The notes below the pieces were generated by a model that saw nothing but the letters and a program-made list of their open reading frames with translations, was not told the origin of the DNA and did not search any database. 18,385 nucleotides of DNA from Octopus sinensis (lineage: Eukaryota), in contig NW_021824819.1 of NCBI RefSeq assembly GCF_006345805.1, forward strand, positions 1 to 18,385, in the 5' to 3' direction. Position numbers and translations under genes: made by a program. Position 1 is the first letter of the stretch. Each line of letters begins with the position of its first letter. Below, one piece after another: positions 1 to 9,742 of the stretch.

Positions 1-185
1 CTCTCTTACCGTATTGTATTTCTTTCTTTCCATTTCTCTGTCGCACACTCTTCCTCTCTCTCCCTCTTCCCCCCCTTCTCTCTCTAATAATGTATAATCC
101 TACTCCTTCTTTCTGTCTCTCTGTGTAGCTATCTCTAATGGTATCTCACTCTTTCACTCTTTCTCTCACATTGTATTTCTGTGTG
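1..185. repeat. CT-rich low-complexity polypyrimidine tract
   Basis: Degenerate (CT)n/(CTT)n runs such as ctcttcctctctctccctcttcc. Confidence 0.7.
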
Positions 186-522
186 AGTACCCTTATGTGA
201 ATTTTCCACACGAAACTCTGCAGATGTCAAACGATATTAAATTTCACCCCTAAAAGCTAAATTTTGTTGTGAGCTTCCCAAATGTTGAAAGGGACAAAAG
301 TGTACAGTGACATAACTTCATGAAAATAAGAGTGTTTAATCTCAAAATCTAACTGAATACACTGAAAAATAGAAATGAAATAAATAGTGTATGGTCTTTG
401 CATTAACAACAGTAACACTTAGGACTTTTACAAGTCAACGACTTAACCACTAAAAGGACAGACTACATTCTACACATAGCAGGCATACATCACTGAAACC
501 TCGGCTTATAAAATGGAAGAAT

Positions 523-612
523 ACTCTTTACTCATTTACTTGTTTCAGTCATTTGACTGCGGCCGATGATGGAGCACACGCCTTTAGTCGAGCAAATCGA
601 CCCCAGGACTTA
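523..612 (-). mobile_element. 3'-terminal fragment of tRNA-derived SINE family A (same family as 10359-10772 and 16561-16976)
   Basis: tgtttcagtcatttgactgcggcc...gcctttagtcgagcaaatcgaccccaggactta matches the ends of the two longer copies, including the (ACTCTTT)n tail. Truncated at a (TA)n tract. Confidence 0.9.
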
Positions 613-635
613 TATATATATATATATATTATATA

Positions 636-667
<32 letters not shown>

Positions 668-688
668 ATAATATATATATATATATAT

Positions 689-765
<77 letters not shown>
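611..765. repeat. (TA)n microsatellite
   Basis: Direct inspection. Confidence 0.97.
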
Positions 766-766
<1 letters not shown>

Positions 767-960
767 GCCCACATATACACACAGATGTGAGTGAGTCGTT
801 GGCGATTTTCTTCCTCCGTCTTCCCCTTCTTTTGGACTCCCCTCTATTTCTGCTAAAGAACTTTGCTCGAAACGTAAAATCATCTTTCCTTCTTTTTCTG
901 AGCGTCTGATAATACATTACTTGTACCACGTCCTCGCGTTTTTGTTTTTTCATATTTGTT
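766..960 (+). mobile_element. Probable Penelope-like element pLTR fragment carrying a degenerate hammerhead motif
   Basis: Pyrimidine-rich segment between (TA)n and (TACA)n tracts that contains attt-CTGCTAA-A-GAAC-ttt-GCTC-GAAAC-GTA-aaat, a decayed version of the PLE motif CTGANGA-A-GAGC...GCTC-GAAACGTA. Confidence 0.5.
846..880 (+). ncRNA. Degenerate minimal type I hammerhead ribozyme motif (probably inactive)
   Basis: Stem I attt(846-849)/aaat(877-880). Core CTGCTAA (850-856) has 2 substitutions relative to CUGANGA. Stem II GAAC/GCTC has one mismatch. GAAAC at 869-873, palindromic ACGT helix III, GUA cleavage triplet at 874-876. Confidence 0.45.
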
Positions 961-977
961 CTTCTTTATTTGGAGTC

Positions 978-1017
978 ACTATATATATATACATACATAC
1001 ATACATACATACATACA

Positions 1018-1055
<38 letters not shown>

Positions 1056-1220
1056 ATATATACACACATAAAATACATAAATAAATATATGTATACAGAT
1101 AAAAGAAGGAAATAAAATTGTTTTGCGCATCTGCATCGTATACACATAAACACACTCACAGTACATACATACATTCATTCATACATACATATATGCATAC
1201 ATACATACATATACACACAT
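978..1220. repeat. Compound (TA)n/(TACA)n microsatellite
   Basis: Direct inspection. Confidence 0.9.
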
Positions 1221-1573
1221 ATAATTATTGCCTTGACAATATTTGAAATGGTTCGACGTATTTACAGCAATCTAATGGCAGCCATATTTTATCAGAACTT
1301 GTTCAGAAAAATCGTCCTGTTTGCTATATTTACTGTGATTCAATTTAGATAGAAAAGCTTGACTTCAAAATCGTTCAATATGGAATAATGCCAGTGGGGA
1401 AGGTTTTAATCGAAAACAATTCTATATTTATCTTCTTCAGATGCAGTCGTGGCATTCCAACAAAATAGATTCTCGCAGAACAGAAATACGGTTCCAACTA
1501 AGAATACATTTTCATATAAACCTTCTCTACTTTTACGCTAACACCCCACCAAACGTAAAGGCACTCAGTGTTT

Positions 1574-1617
1574 TATATATATATATTTGTGTGTGTGAGT
1601 GTGCGTTACATATATGA

Positions 1618-1677
<60 letters not shown>

Positions 1678-1835
1678 ATAATTTAAATATATATGCATGC
1701 ACGTGCGTGTAAGCACATCCATACACGTATATACACACATGCATGTATGTATATATAAATGTATGTATATATAAATATATATATATATAGAGAGAGAGAG
1801 AGTGAGAGAGAGAGGGAAAGAAAGAGAGACAGAGA
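1574..1835. repeat. Compound (TA)n/(TG)n/(GA)n microsatellites
   Basis: Direct inspection. Confidence 0.9.
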
Positions 1836-1944
1836 AAAACAGGAAAACAGATGGATATATGAGTAAGTATTGATTTGTACATCTAAATATAATCACATTC
1901 TATATTACAACGCTTAACGTATCAGCCTTCCACTTTCGTTCTCG

Positions 1945-2230
1945 TCTCTCTCTCTGACATCACTCACTCACTCACTCACTCACTCACTCACTTACTCACT
2001 CACTCCACTCACTCTCTCTCTCTCCCTCCTATTTCTTTTTTAGATATATATATAGATATATATATATTATATATATAGATATATATATAGTATGTATGTA
2101 TGTATGGATGTATGTATGTATGTAGTATGTATGGATGTTATGTTGTATGTATGTTTGAATGTGTCTGTATGTATATTTGTATGAACGTACGCGTGTGTAC
2201 TTATATATGCATATACCTATATACATGCAG

Positions 2231-2275
<45 letters not shown>
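1945..2275. repeat. Compound (CT)n/(TCAC)n/(TA)n/(TATG)n microsatellites
   Basis: Direct inspection. Confidence 0.9.
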
Positions 2276-2277
<2 letters not shown>

Positions 2278-2519
2278 ATGCACACACTCTAGACCCACGC
2301 ATAGTTTTGTGCTTTATATCGTTATCTGAAATTCCGAAATTTCTTTATGGACGGAAGGGTACATCCTTATTTATGATGCTTCGTTTTTTTAGCTATTGAA
2401 ATAAATAATTACTTGTTTACAATCTCGTATGCCCACAATACCTTTATTGTCCAGGTTGGGTCAATAATGTTTTCATACTTCAAGCTTTAATTAATATTGA
2501 AATTACATACGAAAAGTGT

Positions 2520-2898
2520 TTATTGATCAGAATATATCCTATCATATTCTTCTGTTTGATGTCATCGTTGTGTTAGAAGCTCGATTCTACGCTTATAACA
2601 TTTGGCTGATTTGGAGTCAAAAGCCCTCTGCAACCATTTACAAATTCATCAAACCTGTTGATCCTCCCTCGAGCAGGCATTGAATCATGGCTCAGAGAAG
2701 ATGGTAATATGATGGCGCAACATCTGGACAGCAGGTAGGATGGGGCAGCACTTCCAGGCCCTCAAGATCCTCACGTTTGCTCCTGGTCACATTAACAGTG
2801 TGTACTGGGGCATAGTTATACTATAGAAGTGCTCATCTTCGATTAATCAATTCCTGGTAGCGTGTTTTCAAAGGATTGTACACTAGCTGCAGTTGTTG
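2520..2898 (-). pseudogene. Decayed mariner (Tc1/mariner) transposase, C-terminal catalytic region
   Basis: Manual minus-strand translation gives QQLQLVYNPLKTRYQELINRR*ALL*YNYAPVHTVNVTRSKREDLEGLEVLPHPTCCPDVAPSYYHLL*AMIQCL, then after frameshifts FDSKSAKCYKRRIELLTQR*HQTEEYDRIYSDQ*. This aligns to the mariner motifs HDNAPxH, EVLPHPPYSPDLAPSDYHLF and FYxxGIxKLxxRW. Internal stops and frameshifts are present. Confidence 0.85.
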
Positions 2899-4624
2899 AG
2901 CAGAACCACTAGCTTTCGCAGTATGCCGTTATTCGTTCAGAATCCGGATCCTATTTTAGAAGTCGTAGAAGTTATTTTACTATGAAATTTTACTCAAACC
3001 TCTATTGATAAAACTGGTTTTCGGGAAATCTTCCCAGCTACCTTCTAGGCACTTACATATCTATTAACTCCTTAAGATATCCAGATTCAATATACGCATT
3101 ATCAATTCTTGAAATCATTTGCATGAATCTCTTCAAACCCCAATTCCAGCAGCATTTTACTAGACTATGGTAACAGTATATTTCTTCATTCTATGATAGT
3201 GTCTATTGGACAATTTTTTTCCAAACTGCAATGATACTTCCAAAATATCTTTGATATTTTTATTGCTTGTATAACGTTGTAATTAATTGTTTTACAGACT
3301 GGTATACATCATTAGTTACTGTAATTAATCTACTTGAAGTTCTCCTAAGATAAAATGCTTGAAAATGGAAATAACTGCCCGATCGATAAGATGTATGAAT
3401 ATTATGTATGATGGCATGAAAATTGCTATAGCTATTACATATGTTTATAGTGAATTGAAATTTGAAAGATGACCATGCTCTTTGGCCGGCCGAAACCAGA
3501 ACCTTAAATTATTCTTTTCATAGTAACGTTTGACAGCAGGGGAGAAATGCGATCAATAAAGTATTCGGTAACCATATCCTGTTGAATTCTCAACATCCTC
3601 TATACAATTTCCATATAACATGTACGCAATATTTGGAAACTCGTTTAATTGTTCTTGGAGAAAAAGAACGAATAACAAGCAATGCCTTCAATTTAACTTT
3701 TTACTGTCATTTTGCTCTTATGCAATAGAATACTTTTCTAGTGTAATTTGAGATTTAAGTTTTAGAAGATAACATTTTAAAAATAATATGTATTTATCTA
3801 ACTTAAAAGCTAGATTTCCTCAATAATTACTTGTTGCTTTATACGCTAAAATGTTGATGTAATTAATTTCTAATGCTGGAAGTTTGTCAAAGCTTGCTGA
3901 TGGATTCGTTACCCATTACTTTAAAGATTAAATAGTTACTTGAACTTTACAAACCACAGTAAATTACGAGTCACTAAATGAATTGCTTAGGAATTTTTCT
4001 CTTTTTCACAGATTATATTTTAGAAATTTTACTGGATAGAGTGGCCCTATGAAAAACTTTACGATAAATTTTTTCATGTTTTAGTATGTAAACATATTAC
4101 TTCAAAGTGTTACACCAAATTTTCATTTGCAACAATTACAGAAGATTAAAAACATACGAAATTATTGCTCAACCAGAACGATGTAACTAAAGCAAATTCA
4201 TAATACAAAAGCAAGCAAGGTGAAGAACCTTCAGAGCTTTCATTTGTACGTGATAAAACATCTGCAAGATGGTTTAAATTTAAGCAGGAAATTCGGAGGA
4301 AGAATTTATATTGTATTGTTTGTGATTTAAAATTGTTGCAATATTAAGCATCTTTATAATAGGGATTTGTGCAACAAGGAAATGCAAACTTCGTTTTTGG
4401 AGAAGGCGCCGGAAATCTTAATAGATCTGGAGAAAAGGTTAGCTGATAAAAAAGTGTTGCTCTCGTATTCAAAAACGTATAAATTCATTTGAAATAGTAA
4501 TTTCTTGAAATTGTTCCTCTTTCTCATTCAGGCCTGCTAATATTCGCAGCTAGGTCTTAATTTCCTTTACCTATCAGTAAAGGGATATTTTATGAAGCTG
4601 AGAATTTATCATGTACAAAATACA

Positions 4625-4800
4625 GTATATATGAATGAATATATATGTATATTAGACATATGTATATATTATATATTATATATATATATAATGTAATATT
4701 ACATTATTAATATACTATACTATATTTTATAAGATTATATTGCATATATATCATATATACTATAATATATATATTATATTATATATATATATATATATAA
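4625..4800. repeat. Degenerate (TA)n/AT-rich tract
   Basis: Direct inspection. Confidence 0.85.
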
Positions 4801-5080
4801 TATAATTCGAGACAAAACCACTATTTTAAAACCAAACAAGGAAAGACTTAATCAATACATAAAATTTTAATATAAATTAAATAACCGCCACTACAAATGT
4901 TTCATGTCTGCTACCGACAATCTTCAGGTGGATTTTCGATCTAAAATATCAATATTTTAAAATATAATTTAAAATAATTTAAAATAATAAAATAATAAAA
5001 TTATCATGAAAGAATATAAAGAAATAAAAATATAATCTATATAATCTATATATAATCTATATATATCAATATATAATCTA
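4794..5080 (-). repeat. Left arm of ~290 bp inverted repeat
   Basis: Its reverse complement (tagattatatattgat...gatcgaaaatccacctgaagattgtcggtagcagacatgaaacatttgtagtggcgg...ggttttgtctcgaattatattatata) matches 7714-8003 apart from small, mostly homopolymer indels. Confidence 0.95.
4888..4931 (-). ncRNA. Minimal type I hammerhead ribozyme motif (left copy)
   Basis: Minus strand reads CCAC-CTGAAGA-T-TGTC-ggtagca-GACA-T-GAA-ACA-tt-TGT-A-GTGG: stem I CCAC/GTGG, core CUGAAGA, stem II TGTC/GACA, GAAA, helix III ACA/TGT. Predicted GUA cleavage between 4892 and 4891. Confidence 0.75.
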
Positions 5081-5154
5081 AAATAATCTAAAATAAACCC
5101 TATAAACAATTGAATATAAAACCTATTATAAAAGTTCTCATATTTAAAAATGTA

Positions 5155-5236
5155 CAAAAACCAAAAACAACAAGCAAAAAACAAAAAAACCAAAAACCAA
5201 AAAACAAAAAACAAAAAACAAAAAACAAAAAATAAA
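5155..5236. repeat. (AAAAAC)n microsatellite inside the element
   Basis: aaaaaccaaaaacaacaagcaaaaaacaaaaaaaccaaaaacc... Confidence 0.85.
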
Positions 5237-5545
5237 CTATATATACACACCACACATGCTCATACACTCACCACATTACTTATTCATACTTCCTCACACA
5301 CAAATACACACTCAATTCAAAACAATACATATACCCGCTCACACATACATATACATACACATACATACAGAACACGATATATACCAATATATAAACACCC
5401 ACACCCATACAGATAAATAAATTACGCAAACAATCACACACACAACACCCACACACACACATTCACACATACATAAACACTCAAAAGAAAACCGAACAAT
5501 TCTTTGCACGTGGATATCAAACGTTTAAAAAAATTATGAATGGAA

Positions 5546-6165
5546 ATGAAATCCATACATACAAGTATAAATATAACTATACAACCCCTAACACAATACA
5601 CACAAATACACACACATATATACACACACCACCACAAACATAACCATATACAATACACACTCACACATACTTCATACGTAGATACAAACAAACTTTAATA
5701 AAACGACCATGATAAACGAAAACTCATATATATATTAATATATATATAAATAAAAGAGTGTGTACACGCAGACGGGTGCAATCACACGCACATTCAAAAC
5801 TTACATGTATACAAGTGCATAAATAATCACACCCAATTACATAGCACTCATACACTCCCACATCTACACTTACACTTGTACACACGCACACATACATACA
5901 CACCCATATCTACATACAAAAATTCTTATTAAAATAATCATGATAAATAAAATACATACATACAAGTATAAATATAAAGATACAAGCCCTTACACAATAC
6001 ACACAAATACACACATATATATACACACACCCACAAACATAACCATATACACACTCACACATACAAATACATACGTACAAAACTCGATACAATCAAATAC
6101 GCACACGCACACACATTCACACATACATGAACATACAAAAGAAAACAACATTTCTACACATAATA
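5546..6165 (+). repeat. ~620 bp direct repeat, copy 1 (CA-rich, with a ~400 bp internal period)
   Basis: Colinear with 7055-7675. Shared anchor gagtgtgtacacgcagacgggtgcaatcacacg at 5756, 6517 and 7267. Confidence 0.9.
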
Positions 6166-6479
6166 CGATATATAAAATACTCCATAAGAAATCAGATTAT
6201 CATAAGTAACAAGATTAACAAAGGAGAAAAATAGACATACCTTCTAATCAGTATCAAATTTTGAAGTGAATAACTCTATCCGTTATTACAATAAACAAAA
6301 ATTACGTTACCATGGAACCGAACATATAAAAATTATTAGCGCTACGTAAAACAGCGTCTTTAAAATTATGAATGGAATATAAAATTCTTTGCGCGTAGTA
6401 AACAAACGTAAATTAAAAAATTATGAATGGATATACAAAACTTTCTACAAATTCTTTAAAAAAAACCATAAAAAACGAT

Positions 6480-6850
6480 AACTCATATAGATATTAATAT
6501 ATATATTTAAAAAAATGAGTGTGTACACGCAGACGGGTGCAATCACACGGACATTCAAAATTTGCATGTATACAAGTGCATAAATAATCACACTCAATTA
6601 CATAGCACTCATACTCTACCGCATCTATACTTACACTTGTACACACGCACACATACATACACACCCATACCTACATACAAAATACTTATTAAACTAATCA
6701 TGATAATGAAGTCTATACTTACAAATATAAAGATAAAGATAAAACCCCTTTCATACACAATACACACAAATACACACACATATATACACACACCCACAAA
6801 TATAACCATATACACACTCACACATACATATACATACGTACAAACTCGAT
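6480..6850 (+). repeat. Partial, more diverged third copy of the CA-rich unit
   Basis: Aligns to about 5720-6090 (actcatata...gagtgtgtacacgcagacggg...aaactcgata) with more substitutions. Confidence 0.85.
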
Positions 6851-7054
6851 ATATACACTAATATTCATTCCCACACTCAATAAAATATTAAGTAAATACA
6901 AAACAAAGAAATACCAATTAAATACTAACTATAATTAAAGTCTAAACTATATAACTAAAAATATATATATGGTACTCTAAACTAAAAACAAATTAATCTA
7001 AAGTAACCTTTATTAGGGGGCTATTAATTTTATTAATTTATATATCATTTATGA

Positions 7055-7675
7055 ATGAAATCCATACATACAAGTATAAATATAACTATACAACCCCTAA
7101 CACAATACAAACAAATACACACACATATACACACACCCACAAACATAACCATATACACACTCACACATACATATACATACGTACAAATCTCGATACAAAC
7201 AAACTTTAATAAAACGACCATGATAAACGAAAACTCATATATATATTAATATATATATAAATAAAAGAGTGTGTACACGCAGACGGGTGCAATCACACGC
7301 ACATTCAAAACTTACATGTATACAAGTGCATAAATAATCACACCCAATTACATAGCACTCATACACTCCCACATCTACACTTACACTTGTACCACGCACA
7401 CATACATACACACCCAATCTACATACAAAAATCTTATTAAAATAATCATGATAAATAAAATCCATACATACAAGTATAAATATTAAAGATACAACCCCTT
7501 ACACAATACACACAAATACACACACATATATACACACACCCTCAAACATAACCATATACTCACTCACACATACAAATACATACGTACAAAACTCGATACA
7601 AGCAAATACGCACACGCACACACTTTCACACATACATAAACATACAAAAGAAAAACAACATTTCTACACATAATA
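7055..7675 (+). repeat. ~620 bp direct repeat, copy 2
   Basis: Runs from atgaaatccatacatacaagtataaatataactatacaacccctaac to catttctacacataata, as in 5546-6165. Confidence 0.9.
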
Positions 7676-7713
7676 TTAATGGAATATACAAAACTTTCTA
7701 CAAATTCTTTAAA

Positions 7714-8003
7714 TAGATTATATATTGATTATATATAGATTATATATAGATTATATATAGATTATATTTTTATTTTTTTTATATCTTTCATTGATAATTT
7801 TATTATTTTATTATTTTAATTATTTTAAATTATATTTTAAATATTGATATTTTTAGATCGAAAATTCCACCTGAAGATGTCGGTAGCAGACATGAAACAT
7901 TTGTAGTGGCGGTTTATTTATTTATATTAAAATTTTATGTATTGATTAAGTCTTTCCTTGTTTGGTTTTAAAATAGTGGTTTTGTCTCGAATTATATTAT
8001 ATA
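7714..8003 (+). repeat. Right arm of ~290 bp inverted repeat
   Basis: Reverse complement of 4794-5080. Confidence 0.95.
7867..7909 (+). ncRNA. Minimal type I hammerhead ribozyme motif (right copy)
   Basis: CCAC-CTGAAGA-TGTC-ggtagca-GACA-T-GAA-ACA-tt-TGT-A-GTGG. Predicted GUA cleavage after 7905. One T shorter than the left copy at the base of stem II. Confidence 0.7.
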
Positions 8004-8077
8004 ATATTTTACTATAAAATTGGATTTAACCCTAAATCTGATTTTTCCCTGTAATTTTGGATTCATTCCCTAATATT

Positions 8078-8080
8078 TAT

Positions 8081-8118
<38 letters not shown>

Positions 8119-8146
8119 ATATATATTATATATATATAGATATATA

Positions 8147-8215
<69 letters not shown>
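8078..8215. repeat. (TA)n microsatellite
   Basis: Direct inspection. Confidence 0.95.
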
Positions 8216-8369
8216 ATTGAAATGGATAATGAATTATCTTGTTACGGATTATTCAAAATTTAACCGATACCTGGGTAGCAAAAATCACAACAGAAAAAAC
8301 ACGGTTGAGGTTACGACCATGGGGTGTCGCAACCGTGCCTTAGCGCGGATAATTGAAGTTTTATATATT

Positions 8370-8543
8370 TAATGAAGGGAAGAAATGGAGCTGAACGAAG
8401 ATTCTACAAAATTCTTTTTATTATTTTATTATTTTCTACACATGTTTCAAAATTGGAAATTTGCAGCCTTTGAAACATGTGTAGAAAATAATAAAAAGGA
8501 ATTTTGTAGAATCTTCGTTCAGCTCCATTTCTTCCCTTTACTA
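8370..8543. repeat. Foldback inverted repeat, possible MITE
   Basis: Arm 8375-8451 (aagggaagaaatggagctgaacgaagattctac...catgtttcaaa) is the reverse complement of 8469-8538 apart from small indels. 17 nt loop. TA sits at symmetric positions 8370-8371 and 8542-8543. Confidence 0.85.
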
Positions 8544-8545
8544 AA

Positions 8546-8574
8546 ATATATATTATATATATATATATATATAT

Positions 8575-8621
<47 letters not shown>

Positions 8622-8683
8622 GTGTATGTGTGTGTGAGCATACATATATACGTAGACAGATAGATAGATAAATAGCTAAATAG

Positions 8684-8742
<59 letters not shown>

Positions 8743-8762
8743 GATAGATAGATAGATAGATG

Positions 8763-8804
<42 letters not shown>

Positions 8805-8817
8805 AGATAGATAGATA
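8546..8817. repeat. (TA)n followed by a (GATA)n microsatellite
   Basis: Direct inspection. The (GATA)n tract directly abuts the LINE 3' end. Confidence 0.95.
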
Positions 8818-9742
8818 TCTTTATTGGCAACACAGAGCTGAACACAGAGGGGACAAATACAAATGTAGAGAAAAATGGAGGGAAAATAAGAAGAAAATTC
8901 CGATTAAAAGGGATCGGGAAAAACAAGCGATCAAAAGGGATCGTGTACGACAAAAGAATTTTTAAAATGTGAAAAGTAAGATCAGGTTTAACCGTGGAAA
9001 GAAAAGCCTACGGAAAATACCACGGTAACCTCAGGAAGAGAGAGAATATACACATGAGACGAACTTTCTCTCTCTCTCTCTTTTCGATTTAGAGGATCAT
9101 GCTCAAAGTTGTTTGGTCACTCGCACACACTCTCTTTGCTACATTCGCCCACCTTTTTTTGAAACTTTCACGAGACAAATCCTGACTATCCATTCTCATC
9201 TTCCTTTTCAAGTGGTACTCGAAAAAGTTGACGAGCGATTGGCCAGAGACGTAAGCGTTTGTCTCAAATCCTTTCGCTCGAGTCATTCTTTCAACATGGC
9301 CACACATTCTTTCAACATGGCCACCAGCACGATGAAGACTGTCTTGCCTTCCCGGTTGAGGGAAGGTGGCAGCGCAATCCACACGATAGACTCGGCCGAT
9401 AGGCGGACTCGTCCCACATGAGACCACAGCCGTTCGGCATAATCCCACAGATCCAAAATGGTTGGACACTGCACGAGTGCGAGCAGAACGGATTCGTCGC
9501 TCTTACCGCATCTTGGGCAAATCTGTCCGTTGTGTCTCGAACCGTGCCTATAGTGCTTATCCCGAACGGGTAATGCTTCTCGATAGTACTGCCAGTTGTC
9601 CTGGACCGGCGGGTCAGGTGTTCCACGTCGACGCCCAGATTCTGCCCGAGACCGTCGTCGCACCTTCCCTCCACTAATCCTCTGTAGAACGCCTTTGTTG
9701 TAATGAAGTCGCACAAGTTTGGTCCCGGACGGCAGAGTTGCA
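8818..9742 (-). mobile_element. 5'-truncated L1/Tx1-like LINE: disrupted ORF2 C-terminus with CCHC zinc finger (zf-RVT-like) plus 3' UTR
   Basis: Three overlapping minus-strand ORFs join into one frameshifted protein: QLCRPGPNLCDFITTKAFYRGLVEG... / WQYYREALPVRDKHYRHGSRHNGQICPRCGKSDESVLLALVQCP... / TRAKGFETNAYVSGQSLVNFFEYHLKRKMR...KKRWANVAK, stop at 9089-9091. A W...LP...CxxC...E(8)...C pattern is typical of L1/Tx1 ORF2 ends. The pyrimidine-rich 3' UTR ends in AATAAAGA at 8818-8825. Confidence 0.8.

Larger units (their letters stand above)
4794..8003. mobile_element. Putative non-autonomous Penelope-like element with inverted, hammerhead-bearing pLTRs and a duplicated CA/TG-rich body
   Basis: 4794-5080 is the near-identical reverse complement of 7714-8003. 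Each arm holds a CTGAAGA...GAAAC...GTA hammerhead motif. There is no long ORF inside. PLE assignment is inferred from the known association of minimal type I hammerheads and inverted pLTRs with PLEs. Confidence 0.65.

Noticed and set aside
2445-2475. Possible mariner TIR (caggttgggtcaataa) downstream of the transposase stop
   Set aside because: Resemblance is weak and no matching partner TIR was found on the other side.
4205-4495. Short open reading stretches, including a CxxC-containing frame (...RRKNLYCIVCDLK...)
   Set aside because: Each is under 50 codons, with no convincing splice sites or recognisable family.
5546-7675. CRISPR-like array or mitochondrial control-region NUMT for the repeated CA-rich units
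   Set aside because: Units are hundreds of bp with no short repeat-unique spacer pattern and no cas genes. No mitochondrial tRNA, rRNA or CDS is adjacent.
8300-8337. Small GC-rich hairpin cacggttg...caaccgtg
   Set aside because: Short, bulged and single-copy in the window, with no associated element terminus.
9113-9677. Plus-strand ORFs 9113-9421 and 9462-9677
   Set aside because: They are antisense shadows of the LINE ORF2 remnant with no independent protein features.
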